64,000 bases of DNA from assembly GCA_963736005.1 (NCBI GenBank), contig CAVTNB010000003.1, forward strand, positions 320,001-384,000, read 5' to 3'. Of this stretch, positions 16,611-27,504 are shown piece by piece. The position numbers and the translations under genes were made by a program. The notes under the pieces were generated by a model. That model was given only the letters and a program-made list of their open reading frames with translations. It was not told the origin of the DNA and searched no databases. Within the stretch, counting starts at the first letter, position 1; each line of letters opens with the position of its first letter. Source of the stretch: an uncultured Pseudomonadota bacterium (GTDB taxonomy: Bacteria; Vulcanimicrobiota; Vulcanimicrobiia; Eremiobacterales; Eremiobacteraceae).

Positions 16611-18179
16611 GTGAAGCAAAGACAGCCGCTCATTACGGGCAACAAGTGGCTCATCGCCGTTCCGGTGATGCTTGCGGCACTGATCGCGGTTTTGGACGCA
16701 AGCATCGTCAATGTCGCGCTGCCCAACATGCAATCGAGCTTCGGCGCTGGCGTCGATGAGATCGATTGGGTAATCACCGGCTATCTCATCTCGAACGTCA
16801 TCATCATCCCGACGACGGGATGGATGTCGAGCATCTTTGGCCTCAAACGCTATTTTGCAATCAGCCAGATTGTGTTCGTCATTGCATCGTTCTTGTGCGG
16901 CATTTCTTGGAATCTGCCCTCGCTTATCTTCTTCCGCATCCTGCAGGGCATTGGTGGAGGCGCAATCCTCCCGGTTGCCTTGACGATCTTGCTCGAGGCG
17001 TTTCCACCGCAAGATTTCGCGATGGCATCGGCCCTCTTCGGCGTCGGCGCAACGCTTGGTCCAGCCATTGGCCCGACGCTCGGCGGCTGGCTGACGGACA
17101 CGCTTTCGTGGCAGTGGATTTTCTTCGTGAATGTGCCGATCGTGACGGTCTCTGTGATCTTGAGCCAAATGCTGATCGGCGAAAACAAAGAAGTGCTCGC
17201 CGGGCGGCGTGCGGCTCCGATTGATTTCCTCGGGCTCTTGACCGTCGCGGCGTGGCTGGGCACGTTGCAGGTCTTGCTTCAGGAAGGTCAGCGTGATGGC
17301 TGGTTCGAGTCGCCCTTCATCATTACGCTCGCGGTGATTTCGGTCGTCTCGTTTGTGCTGTTTCTCTACTTCGAATTACGCTTGCCCAATCCGTTGATCA
17401 ACTTGCGCATCTTCAAGAATCGAAATTTTGCCATTGGTTCGTTTGCCGGTGCCATGCTTGGTGCGGCCCTCTTTGGAGCTATTTTCATTTTACCGCTCTT
17501 CGCCGGCTTGCTCTTGCATTATACAGCACTACAGATTGGGCTTGTGCTCTTACCTCCGGCGCTTGTGAGTCTCGTCCTCTTCCCAATCGTCGGCCGGCTC
17601 GCGAGCGTCGTGGACTCTCGCATTCTAATGGCGATCGGTATTGTCTTGTTTGTGATCTCGCTCTTTGGCAATGGCTTCATCAACTTGCAAACGTCCTGGC
17701 AAACACTCGTCTACTTGCAAATCTTCCGCGGTGCGTCGCTCCCGTTCTTGTTTACATCGGTAGGCGCGCTCTCGCTCACCAACATCGCTCCGCAAGAGAA
17801 AGCCGACGCCTCTTCGCTTTTCAACTTAACGCGAACGCTGGGCGGCTCTATTGGGATCGCGGTCATCGGAACGACGCTTGTCAACCGCCAACGCTTTCAT
17901 TTTGAGCGCTTTGGCGAGTCAATCACGCAATTCGGCGTGGCCACGCGCGAGCGGCTGTCCGAGCTAGCGACCGGCATTACCGGCCATCTCGGACCGGGGC
18001 AGGCGAGCTCGCAAGCGCAGGCGGTGTTAGCCCAACAATTAAGCCAACAAGCCTATGTGTCCGCGTTCAACGACGTTGCACTCGCCCTCGCAGCAGGTTT
18101 TGCGCTTGCCTTGCTTTTGATTCCGTTGTTCCGCATGCGCGGGCGCGTGCCGAGTGGCGGCGCTCCATTGGCCGAGTAG
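16611..18179 (+). CDS. emrB: DHA2/EmrB family MFS efflux permease
   Basis: LDASIVNVALP, WVITGYL, FRILQGIGGG, GPAIGPTLGGWL, WIFFVNVPI. Confidence 0.92.
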   Translation: MKQRQPLITGNKWLIAVPVMLAALIAVLDASIVNVALPNMQSSFGAGVDEIDWVITGYLISNVIIIPTTGWMSSIFGLKRYFAISQIVFVIASFLCGISWNLPSLIFFRILQGIGGGAILPVALTILLEAFPPQDFAMASALFGVGATLGPAIGPTLGGWLTDTLSWQWIFFVNVPIVTVSVILSQMLIGENKEVLAGRRAAPIDFLGLLTVAAWLGTLQVLLQEGQRDGWFESPFIITLAVISVVSFVLFLYFELRLPNPLINLRIFKNRNFAIGSFAGAMLGAALFGAIFILPLFAGLLLHYTALQIGLVLLPPALVSLVLFPIVGRLASVVDSRILMAIGIVLFVISLFGNGFINLQTSWQTLVYLQIFRGASLPFLFTSVGALSLTNIAPQEKADASSLFNLTRTLGGSIGIAVIGTTLVNRQRFHFERFGESITQFGVATRERLSELATGITGHLGPGQASSQAQAVLAQQLSQQAYVSAFNDVALALAAGFALALLLIPLFRMRGRVPSGGAPLAE

Positions 18180-18199
18180 ACCCTACTTCAGGAAAAACC

Positions 18200-18225
18200 C
18201 GCGCGAATAAATTCGCGCGACTACA
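18200..18225. repeat. REP family 2 (CGCGCGAATAAATTCGCGCGACTACA)
   Basis: Further copies at 27434, 27468, 34668, 34732, 40328, 49346-49426 (x3) and 59182. Confidence 0.85.
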
Positions 18226-18227
18226 AG

Positions 18228-19745
18228 CTATGTTTTTTGGCTGACCGCAGCGAGGAAATATGCCGTCCTTTGCGGCGCACCACCTAAAGCTTGCGCTGCG
18301 GCTAAATTGTTTTTCGCGTCGGGGACGTTGGTCAAAATAAGATCGATCATTCCGGCAACGAAACGGCCAGGCTCATACGCAGGATTTACCTGCGTCGCCC
18401 TGTTGGCATTGACCGCAGCCGAACCGATATCACCAGTTTGCAGCTCTACAACCGCGAGACTCGTGTAGATTTCAGCGCGCCCTTGGCGCGAGAGAGCGGT
18501 ACCAAAGAGTGTTGCTGCTTGCTGCATGTCTCCATTCGCTTGGGCGGTGAGACCAGCGTAATATGGCCCGCGCCAATCATTGGGCGCAGCTTGTTCTGCG
18601 GCGCTAAATGCTTTGGAAGCCAATGCCATGCGGCCGCTGAGCAGAGCTGCAGCGCCGACGTTGAGCATCGCCTCGACGGCTGGCGGCCTACTTGCCAGCG
18701 CAAAATTGAGCCTCGTGTTGAGCACGGCGCTGGTTTGGCTCGCGTCGGCCTCCGGTAGTGAGCGAGTAAATCCGAGATCTTGCGTTACGTCAAGCAGATA
18801 GCTTCGCGCGTCACCGGAGACAATCGAAAGCGGCGTCGAGGTCGGAGCTGTTGCGATGATTCCGCCTTTCGGCGTGGCCGTTGCCCATGGTGGACGAGCC
18901 GGCGTTGGCGTTTGGATTGCGATGGGCGTCTCCACGATCGTCGTGTGCGCGTGCGTCAATGTTGGGGTTGGACTCGGCCGCGCAAGTGCAATGACCTTCG
19001 TAGGCGTGGGCACGGGGGATGGCGGGGGTGATGGCGCGGGTGACGGACTCGGGGCGGCAATTGGCTTGACCGTCAAGAGAGGACGCCGCGTTTTCGTGTT
19101 GCGTGGATCGACGCCTACCCTACGATAGAGAGCCACTGCTTCGCTCTTGCGCCCGAGTTTTTCGAGAGCCTCGGCACGACCGATCGTCGCCGGTCGATAG
19201 GTCGGCGAGCGACGCAGTTCGATTTCGAAGTCCGAAAGCGCAGCGGCGTAGAGCCCTTCTTCCAATTCCACCACGCCAAGGTCATAATGAATGAAGGGCT
19301 GGTCTGGAGCGGTCGCGGTGGCTACGCGAAGTTGCGCGTCGGCAAGCTCCTTTTTGCCTTGCTGCTCGTAGAGCTGCCCAAGCGCCACGAAATTCCAAGG
19401 ATAGTGCGGATCCGCGCTTTCCCCTGCGCGATAGTAGCGCTCAGCTGTTTGGGGATCATTTGCCCGCTGGGCGACGTTGCCGGCTCGGTTTGCGACGGAC
19501 GCGTCGGTTGGACTTTCCTGGACCGCACGCTGCGCAAGCGCAAGCGCCTGAGGAGCATCTCCTCGGGAAATGGCTTGCTCGGCCATATCCATCGCGCTCG
19601 CCTGCGTCTGCGTCGGAGTGCCCGCGTGCAGCCAACTGAGCCCGCCGAACTTGCCAGGCAAGAAATTCAGAATCACGGCAACAAGCGCTGCAGCCGCGAC
19701 CAGGATCGCGACCCAGACGAGAATCCGCTCGATCAGTTGCGCCAC
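18228..19745 (-). CDS. Membrane-anchored TPR protein
   Basis: N-terminal TM helix and two TPR blocks separated by a Pro/Thr linker. Confidence 0.8.
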   Translation of the reverse strand: MAQLIERILVWVAILVAAAALVAVILNFLPGKFGGLSWLHAGTPTQTQASAMDMAEQAISRGDAPQALALAQRAVQESPTDASVANRAGNVAQRANDPQTAERYYRAGESADPHYPWNFVALGQLYEQQGKKELADAQLRVATATAPDQPFIHYDLGVVELEEGLYAAALSDFEIELRRSPTYRPATIGRAEALEKLGRKSEAVALYRRVGVDPRNTKTRRPLLTVKPIAAPSPSPAPSPPPSPVPTPTKVIALARPSPTPTLTHAHTTIVETPIAIQTPTPARPPWATATPKGGIIATAPTSTPLSIVSGDARSYLLDVTQDLGFTRSLPEADASQTSAVLNTRLNFALASRPPAVEAMLNVGAAALLSGRMALASKAFSAAEQAAPNDWRGPYYAGLTAQANGDMQQAATLFGTALSRQGRAEIYTSLAVVELQTGDIGSAAVNANRATQVNPAYEPGRFVAGMIDLILTNVPDAKNNLAAAQALGGAPQRTAYFLAAVSQKT

Positions 19746-19830
19746 GTGTTGTGCGTCTTCGCTCCAAAGGACTAGGCTGTTGCGACGTTGTGCCTATGGG
19801 CCCTGTATTTTATTCCTCGAAAGTTCGAGG

Positions 19831-22800
19831 ATGCGCTGCCTCCAGCGGCTGCCTAACCGAGCAGTTCGGTATTTGGCGTGGCTGTGTCTTTTTTTGATGC
19901 TCTTCCCAGGATTTGTGGTCGCTGCGGGCACGCCGACAACCGGGGCGGTCCCGGTAGTGACCAATATTTCCGGGGCAGTGTCGGTGCGGGGTCGCGACGG
20001 CGTGTCACGCGACGTTCTCTCGTCGCGCATCATTCACTCCGGCGACACCTTGATAACGGGCGTCGATTCGCTGGCGCTCGTCAATCTGGCCGATGTGGGC
20101 AGTGTGCGTATTGGACCGGCAAGCACGGCCATGGCGTCCGTTTCAGCGAGCAGCCTCTTCGTCAACATCTCGTCGGGATCGGCGTGTGCCCAAGCGCTGA
20201 GCCGCGGGGTGACGATAGCGGCGGGATCGCTGACCTTTGCGGCGGACGACCAAACCGCAATCTTCAGTCTCATACGCGATTCCAGCACGACAACAATCGC
20301 GGTATATCAAGGAAGCCTGACTGCCAGGCTCGGTAAGTCAAGTTCGTCTAAGCCTATCACTTTCAACGCTGGCGAGGCGGCGGTTAGTTCCGGAAACGGG
20401 GCGCTCCAACAAGTGGCGCTCGACAGCGTACAGCCGTCATTCGCCGCGCTCAAGTGTCCGGATGATGACGTCATCGCGCGCGTCATGCCCACACCGGCCC
20501 CCAGTGGCGGCCATGGTGGTGGAGGGGCAGGCGGAATTCTGGCGGCTCTTCTTGGCTTGGGTGCGATTGCGGCAGCAGCTGGCGGGCATGGTGGGGGTGG
20601 CGGGGGCGGTGGTTCGTCTCCGCCGACTGCTCCGCCATCGATTCCGCCGGGCACACTCAGTGTCAATCCAGGCAGCCTTTCGTTTCTGGTTGCCGGTCCG
20701 ACCCAAACGTTTACTGCTTCCGAATCTAGCTATTCTGGACCGATCAACGCCGCGAGCAACGATACCTCGGTCGCAACCGTAACGCCCGCATCAAGCCCCG
20801 GTCCGGGGCCCGTCACCTTTACGGTCACCCCGGTGGGTCAGGGCAGCACGACGATTGCAGTGACCGACAATCATGGCGGTTCGCAAAGCGTTAGCATCAC
20901 CGTGACGCCGCCGGGCGACCTCTCTGTCAATCCTGGCAGTCTGACGTTCGTCCTCCCGGGGGGATCGCAAACATTCAAAGCGAGCGAATCGTCGTACACT
21001 GGCGCGATCACAGCGCATAGCAACGATACGACCGTTGCAACAGTTTCTGGCTCGGGTAACGGTCCGGGTCCGGTCACGTTCACCGTTTCACCCGTCGGTG
21101 CAGGCACGACCACCATCACTGTGCACGGTGGAGCGGCGCCAGCCACGGTCAGCATCACGGTGGTTGGCCCGCTCACGACCGACAAAGGATCGCTTACGTT
21201 CCTCGGAACGACAACCAATCAAAACTTCACGGCAAGCGATCCGTCGTATACAGGCGCGCTCACCGCGATGAGTGGCGACATAACCGTGGCGACAGTCTCG
21301 CCGGCATCGCATGGTGGGCCCCAAGCGACATTTACGGTCACACCGGTTGCTTCAGGGAACACGACCATAACGGTTAGCGATACGCTTGGCGGCAGCGCCA
21401 CCGTGAATGTCAGCGTGTCAACGGGAGGGCTGACGGTAAATCCAACAAGCTTAACGCTTACGGTTGGTGGTTCCACAGAAACGTTTACCGGGAGCGAAGC
21501 AAACTACACGGGTCATATATCTGCGAGTAGCAACGACACCGGCAAAGCGACTGTCTCCCCGGCATTCGGTCCTGGTCCGGGTCCCGTGACGTTCACGGTC
21601 ACCCCGGTTTCGGCCGGCAACCCGGCTATCGCCATCACCGACAACCACGGAGGTGGCCCGATCTTCGTCAACCTCACAATCACGGGCCCGCTCACCTCAC
21701 CTGCAAACGTAACCTTTGATGGGTCGTCTTCGTCTCCGCAAAATGTCAATGTCACCGATCCTAATTATAACGGTAGCATCACTGCGAACAGTTCTGACGC
21801 CAGCGTCGCCACGGTCAACTCTCCACAAAACGGACCAAATGCCACGTTCTCTGTCACACCAAAAAAGCAAGGCACGGCGACTCTCACATTTACTGACGCG
21901 AATAACGGCAGCGACACAACGCTCGTGACTGTGAATCCCGGGTCGCTCACCGTCAGCACGTCGTCGGTCACGCTCAATGGAGCGGGCGACACCGCGCCAT
22001 TTACTTCTTCCGAACGTTTCTACACAGGCGCTATTTCAGCTGCGACCGATGATAACACGGTCGCCACCGTAAGCCCCGCTTCTGGCAGTGGGCCCGGCCC
22101 AGTATCGTTCACGATTACAGCGGTCGGACCAGGAACGACCAACATCACAGTGACGGATAACCACGGAGGCTCGCAGCCGATCAGCGTCACCGTTAACGCC
22201 ACGCCCGTCCTCTCCCCGGGCTCGCTGTCGTTCACGGACGTTGGCACGGGCAAGCCCGTCACTATCTCCGAACCTGGTTACAACGGAAACCTTACGCGCA
22301 CGGGCGACACGTGCGGATCAATGGGCATCGCGACCGTTCTTCCAAACCCGGTTGCCGTCTCGGGAACAATCACCGTCACTCCCTCGTCAACTGCTTCTGG
22401 CGGAACCTGCCAGTTTGCGTACAAGGATTCATTTGGCAATACGAGTGCACCAGTCACCGTTACCGTTGGGCCATTCGGGCCAGTCTCCCCAAATCCGACG
22501 TCCCTGACGTTTATGGACGTCGGAGCTGGCAATGCCCAAACGTTCACCGCGTCGGAAACCAAATATTCTGGACAGCTTACGATCGACGCAAGCGCGTGCG
22601 CCGGTATCGCAACGGTAAGCCCCAACTCGGGGGCGAGCGGCACAACCTTTACGGTCACGCCGGTTGGAAGTGGTGGCCCGTGCGATGTCAACGTCAGCGA
22701 CGACCATACGCAATCGGCCACGGTGAGCGTGACGGTTGGCCCGTTTGGGCTTGTGGTTCCCAGTCCCGGGAGCTTATCGCTGACCTTTACAGGACCCAAC

Positions 22801-23751
22801 AAATCGTTCACAGTGAGCGAGACCGGCTACAACGGGAACTTCACAATTGACCAAAGCTCGTGCACGTCGATAGCGAGCGTAAGCCCGAGTTCCGGCACCT
22901 CGTCCCAAACGTTTACCGTGATGCCGTTGGGCGCGGGCAACTGCGGGGTCGTCGTCAACGATGACCACAGCGGAACGGCAACCGTCGATGTGTTTGTCAC
23001 TGCGGGCTCGATCACTGTCACTCCGAACACGTTACAATTCCCAGCAAACAGCACTGGCACCATGACCTTCGTTGCATCCGACAGCGCGTGCGGTGTGTTG
23101 GATACGATGACCGCAACAGCCGATGGCACCATCGCCGCAAGCGTGTCACCAAGCGGAATAACCTTGTGCCAAGGCGCCAACATTACGTACACGGTCACAG
23201 CAGGCGGATCTAACGGCCGGGGCTCAGTGATGCTCATCGATACAGCAGGTGGCGCGGCTACTGTCAGCGTGGGTGTGGGCATGAGCCCGCTTAACAAGAA
23301 GCATCATCCAGCTGGTTTGCATAAAGGGGTCCCGTTGGCACCTGGACATACTCGCCCGGGCGGAGTCCGAACCCCCTTGCCATTACCCGTACCGTTGAGA
23401 CCGGTTTCGCCTGGCACTCCGATTGGAGGCGGCGCTTCGCCCCCGTCGGCATCGAATAATCCGCTTGAGACATCCGCAAGCACTCTGATGCTCGTGTCGT
23501 CAGGGCCTGCTCAATCGGTCCGCGTCTCGGAGGCGGGATATGCGCGTCAGTTCACCATCCTGAGTTCGAACGCCAGCGTCGCTATGACGAGTCTTCAAAC
23601 GGCTGCCGGACCAACCGTGACGCTCACCATCTCACCACGCGCGGCAGGCACCGCGACGATCCGAATAGCCGACGACCACGGTGGCGTGCAGACAATCCAA
23701 GTTATCGTGCGTCCGAACGGACCCAAGAGTCCGCCGCTACAAAGATTCTAG
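19831..23751 (+). CDS. Large exported protein: FecR-like domain plus about 11 Ig-like repeats
   Basis: Signal peptide; V.NISGAVSV...SGDTLITG.DS.A.V.L.D.GSVRIG (FecR-like); repeats of ~85-90 aa (L.V.PGSL.F...YTG.I.A.S.D..VATVSP...FTVTP...G.T.I.V.D.HGG). Start uncertain. Confidence 0.8.
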   Translation: MRCLQRLPNRAVRYLAWLCLFLMLFPGFVVAAGTPTTGAVPVVTNISGAVSVRGRDGVSRDVLSSRIIHSGDTLITGVDSLALVNLADVGSVRIGPASTAMASVSASSLFVNISSGSACAQALSRGVTIAAGSLTFAADDQTAIFSLIRDSSTTTIAVYQGSLTARLGKSSSSKPITFNAGEAAVSSGNGALQQVALDSVQPSFAALKCPDDDVIARVMPTPAPSGGHGGGGAGGILAALLGLGAIAAAAGGHGGGGGGGGSSPPTAPPSIPPGTLSVNPGSLSFLVAGPTQTFTASESSYSGPINAASNDTSVATVTPASSPGPGPVTFTVTPVGQGSTTIAVTDNHGGSQSVSITVTPPGDLSVNPGSLTFVLPGGSQTFKASESSYTGAITAHSNDTTVATVSGSGNGPGPVTFTVSPVGAGTTTITVHGGAAPATVSITVVGPLTTDKGSLTFLGTTTNQNFTASDPSYTGALTAMSGDITVATVSPASHGGPQATFTVTPVASGNTTITVSDTLGGSATVNVSVSTGGLTVNPTSLTLTVGGSTETFTGSEANYTGHISASSNDTGKATVSPAFGPGPGPVTFTVTPVSAGNPAIAITDNHGGGPIFVNLTITGPLTSPANVTFDGSSSSPQNVNVTDPNYNGSITANSSDASVATVNSPQNGPNATFSVTPKKQGTATLTFTDANNGSDTTLVTVNPGSLTVSTSSVTLNGAGDTAPFTSSERFYTGAISAATDDNTVATVSPASGSGPGPVSFTITAVGPGTTNITVTDNHGGSQPISVTVNATPVLSPGSLSFTDVGTGKPVTISEPGYNGNLTRTGDTCGSMGIATVLPNPVAVSGTITVTPSSTASGGTCQFAYKDSFGNTSAPVTVTVGPFGPVSPNPTSLTFMDVGAGNAQTFTASETKYSGQLTIDASACAGIATVSPNSGASGTTFTVTPVGSGGPCDVNVSDDHTQSATVSVTVGPFGLVVPSPGSLSLTFTGPNKSFTVSETGYNGNFTIDQSSCTSIASVSPSSGTSSQTFTVMPLGAGNCGVVVNDDHSGTATVDVFVTAGSITVTPNTLQFPANSTGTMTFVASDSACGVLDTMTATADGTIAASVSPSGITLCQGANITYTVTAGGSNGRGSVMLIDTAGGAATVSVGVGMSPLNKKHHPAGLHKGVPLAPGHTRPGGVRTPLPLPVPLRPVSPGTPIGGGASPPSASNNPLETSASTLMLVSSGPAQSVRVSEAGYARQFTILSSNASVAMTSLQTAAGPTVTLTISPRAAGTATIRIADDHGGVQTIQVIVRPNGPKSPPLQRF

Positions 23752-23798
23752 CCGTTTAAGCGGACCTAAAGGTCCGCTGCTACAATACTTCAGGCTCG

Positions 23799-24629
23799 AT
23801 GAAGCACGAGCTGGAAGACACCTTTGGCGATATCGTTCGCAAAGCGAGTGATGGTACCAAGACCCGCATTGAAAGCCTGAGCGCCGAGACGGGCATTCCC
23901 GTAGCTCGGTTGAGAACGTTTCTCGCCGACGAGACCCAGCCTACAGAGGCAGAGGCAAAGGCCATCGCCCTTGCTCTGGGGTTGGACGTCGCGAAACTGG
24001 TCGATTCCGGACTGAAGCGCTGGTATCCGAAAGAAAAGGCACTCCCAAATTTTCTCGCTCACCAAATCAACGCGCCGCATCCAAGCAACGGGTATTTCTT
24101 GTTTCTTCGTGACCGCAAGATCGGCGCGTTTGTCGATCCTGCGGGCCGGCCTTCGAACATCATCGACGGCTTTAAGAGCGCCGGCATCGACCTCCAATAC
24201 ATCTTGCTCACTCACAAACATCTCGATCACAGTGACGCACTCGAACCCGTGCGCAAGGCATTTCCCAACGCAACGCCGGTCATCCATCTTCTCGATGGCA
24301 TAACGCTCGGTGGGGCAGCGCGCGATGCGACCCCGATCGTCGATGGCGCCAGCCTTCCATTCGGCGATGGTGAGATCCGCATGCTGTACACCCCCGGTCA
24401 CACCGATGGATCATCGTGCTTCATCTATCAAGGAAATATTTTTACGGGCGACACCATGTTTGCCGGCTCGCTGGGTAAGCTATTTGGCGATCGCTTCGGC
24501 TATGCCGATTTGCTGCGCAACGCCCGATCGAAGATTCTTTCACTCCCGGAAGAGACTGTCGTGTTCCCAGGACACGGCCCGGCCTCGACAATCGCGCAGG
24601 AGCGTGCGCACAATCCGTTTTTCCCCTAA
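23799..24629 (+). CDS. MBL-fold metallo-hydrolase (glyoxalase II-like) with N-terminal HTH-like domain
   Basis: THKHLDH, TPGHT, FTGDTMF, FPGHGP, ERAHNPF; N-terminal LSAETGIPVARL. Confidence 0.85.
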   Translation: MKHELEDTFGDIVRKASDGTKTRIESLSAETGIPVARLRTFLADETQPTEAEAKAIALALGLDVAKLVDSGLKRWYPKEKALPNFLAHQINAPHPSNGYFLFLRDRKIGAFVDPAGRPSNIIDGFKSAGIDLQYILLTHKHLDHSDALEPVRKAFPNATPVIHLLDGITLGGAARDATPIVDGASLPFGDGEIRMLYTPGHTDGSSCFIYQGNIFTGDTMFAGSLGKLFGDRFGYADLLRNARSKILSLPEETVVFPGHGPASTIAQERAHNPFFP

Positions 24630-24696
24630 TACATTCCTCATGTGAGCTGGCTCCGCGGCGAAGGCCGGTTCGAATGAGGCCACGAAGTTTTCCCCA

Positions 24697-25620
24697 ATGC
24701 GTTTCGAAAGAATTTTGCGAGCCCAACCCGTCATTGCCATTGCCATCATTTGGGTGCTTGCCGGATGCAGCACAAATGCGGGCTTCGGCACCCCCGTCTC
24801 CGGACCACAACCGGTGAGCAACGGTTATCCGCAGCCCGGAGTTAACTCGCCAGAACCAGTTGGCAGCGGTTTTTTTAACCCAAATGCCACGCCCTCACCG
24901 TATGGATCTCCGGAGCCCTCTCCCACACCCGTGCCCAACACGCTGTCGATTGTCGGTGCAGCGCTCCGCCTAGCCTACGATGGATCGGCCAAGGATCCCA
25001 CAAAGGCGCCTCGCCTGGTTGAGTTGTCGTTTGCCTTGCAAAACACAACCCAGAACTCAGCCAAGATTGCCACGGTGAGCGCGCATGGCGATACGACGGC
25101 TTTCCCCGATTTTCCGATCTCGCTGACCGCACCGCCAAATCAAACTTCTGCGGTTGCATCGCTTGTCGTCAAGACCTCCGACGACCCGCTGAAATACAAG
25201 AGCATTCTTTTCTCCTTCCTCGACGGGCAAAGAAAGATGCTTGGCTCTGTGAAGCTCGACGTTCCCCAACCTGATTCCACCTTCACGGGTCTTGACGTGA
25301 AGCACCCGAAGGGACCCTTATCGATTGATGGTGCTGAAATTTCCCCGATTAACGCGGGTCAAAGCGTGCATTTTGAATGCACGTTTGCCGTGACGAATCC
25401 CGGTGCCGCCCCGGCTTCGATTGCCGAGTTCGACATACGGCCGCCCAAAGGCAACACCATTAAGATTGCCATACCAATGGTTGTGCCGGCGCGGTCCGCA
25501 TCCGGGTTTGTGAGCATCGTCGTACCGTACAACGGCAAGAACCTACCGTCCGGCAACTATGTGATCACGGCGCAGCAGAGCGGAATCGTTCTTGCAAGCG
25601 CGTCGGCAGTATTGCTCTAA
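24697..25620 (+). CDS. Hypothetical lipoprotein
   Basis: LAG-C lipobox, Pro-rich linker, beta-rich domains. Confidence 0.7.
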   Translation: MRFERILRAQPVIAIAIIWVLAGCSTNAGFGTPVSGPQPVSNGYPQPGVNSPEPVGSGFFNPNATPSPYGSPEPSPTPVPNTLSIVGAALRLAYDGSAKDPTKAPRLVELSFALQNTTQNSAKIATVSAHGDTTAFPDFPISLTAPPNQTSAVASLVVKTSDDPLKYKSILFSFLDGQRKMLGSVKLDVPQPDSTFTGLDVKHPKGPLSIDGAEISPINAGQSVHFECTFAVTNPGAAPASIAEFDIRPPKGNTIKIAIPMVVPARSASGFVSIVVPYNGKNLPSGNYVITAQQSGIVLASASAVLL

Positions 25621-25641
25621 CTCAACAGCAAAAGGGAACGC

Positions 25642-27389
25642 ATGCCTCGGGAACGTGACGTCCTCGAAGTTGACGTCCTCTTTGTCGGCGCTGGTCCGGC
25701 AAGTTTGGGCGGTGCTATTCGCCTTGCGCAGCTGTACCGAGCACACAACGAGGCCATACAAGCCGGCACAAAGACCGGTCCGAAGCTTTCGACCGACAAC
25801 ATCCTCGTCATCGACAAAGCAAAAAACATTGGCGACCACGGTATCTCTGGGGCGGTGCTCGATCCGCGCAGTATGATCGAACTTTTTGGGGATTTCCTCG
25901 GGTGCCGGATGTCCAGTTGAATCGCCGGTGACATCCGACGAGTTCTGGTTGCTGTCGAAGTCGGAGCGAATCAAGGCGCCGTTCTTGCCGCCGCCCATGA
26001 ACAATCACGGCAAATATGTGGCAAGCCTCAACAAACTTGTGAAGTGGCTGGCAAGTCAGGCTGAAGCTCTCGGCGTCCAAGTCTTCGCGGAAACGGCGGG
26101 TCAAGAGCTGCTCTACGACGGCGATCGCGTGATCGGCGTGAGAACTGGCGACAAGGGTGTCGACCGCAATGGTCAGCCAAAACCAAACTACGAAGCGGGC
26201 CCCGATCTTCTGGCGAAAGTGGCTGTCTTAGGCGAAGGTCCGCGCGGCACGCTTGCCAAGCAACTCGACCGCAAGCTCCAACTCTCAAACGGACGCAATC
26301 CACAAGTCTATTCCATCGGGATCAAAGAGCTGTGGCAGATGCCGAAGGGCTCGACCCCGGCCGGAGCAGTGATTCACACGCTTGGGTATCCGTTGAAACC
26401 AGAGACGTTTGGCGGCGGCTTCATTTATTCTATGGCTGACGATATTTGGGATGTCGGATATGTTGTGGGTCTGGATTATCGCGACCCGATCCTTGAGCCG
26501 CACGCCGAGTTTCAAAAATTCAAGGAGCACCCTACGGTGGCGGCCTTGCTTGCGGGCGGTCAGATGTTCCGCTACGGGGCAAAGGCGATTCCCGAGGGCG
26601 GCTGGTGGTCGATCCCTCACCCTTATGCTGACGGCGTGCTGCTCATTGGCGATACCGCGAGCATGCTCAATCCGCATGCGACTCAAAGGCATCCATCTCG
26701 CGCTCAAGTCCGGGATGCTGGCGGCGGAGACGTGCCTCGAAGCCATCCTCGCAAACCAAGGTAGCGGCGGACCTTTAGGTCCGCTCTCCGGGTACCAAGA
26801 TCGCATAGAACATTCATGGATCCGAACCGAGCTCTATGCCGCGCGCAATTTCCATCAAGGATTCAAACGCGGCAGAATTGCCGGCATGATCAACGCGGCA
26901 CTCGGACATATCACGGGCGGACGAGGCTTTGGAATCTACGACCGCCTGCCCGGCGATGCGGGCTATGAACGCATGGAGAAACTGGTCGATTATTTTGGCC
27001 GCAACGTGCCTGGCTTCGAACGGCCGAAATACGACGGTAAGCTCACCTTCAACAAGCTTGATGACGTTTTCCGCAGCGGCACGAAGCATGACGAAAATAG
27101 TCCGTGTCACTTGCACGTGGCCGATACGAATATCTGCGCCACCCAATGCGCGCACGAGTTCGGCAACCCATGTCAGTATTTTTGTCCGGCGGCCGTCTAC
27201 GAAATGGTGCCGGCTGCCGTTGGGAGCGCGACGATCACCAAAAACGGCTTCAGCCGATTCGGGCAAGCGCTTGCAGATCAATTTCGCAAACTGCGTGCAC
27301 TGCAAGACGTGCGACATCATGGACCCGTATCAGATCATCGACTGGGTGCCCCCGAGGGCGGCGGCGGTCCGGTGTATACGGGATTGTAG
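25642..27389 (+). CDS. Electron transfer flavoprotein-ubiquinone oxidoreductase (frameshifted in this sequence)
   Basis: DVLFVGAGPASL, ISGAVLDP, LGEGPRG, YGAKAIPEGG, KGIHLALKSGMLAAE, PCQYFCPAAVYE, NCVHCKTCDI, PEGGGGP.Y spread over several frames; shifts near 25900, 26675, 27240 and 27350. Confidence 0.85.
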
Positions 27390-27504
27390 CGCAAAGCGGA
27401 CCTAAAGGTCCGCTGCTACATTTATAGGACGAACGCGCGAATAAATTCGCGCGACTACATTGGGGAGCGCGCGAATAAATTCGCGCGACTACATGGGCGT
27501 GGGT

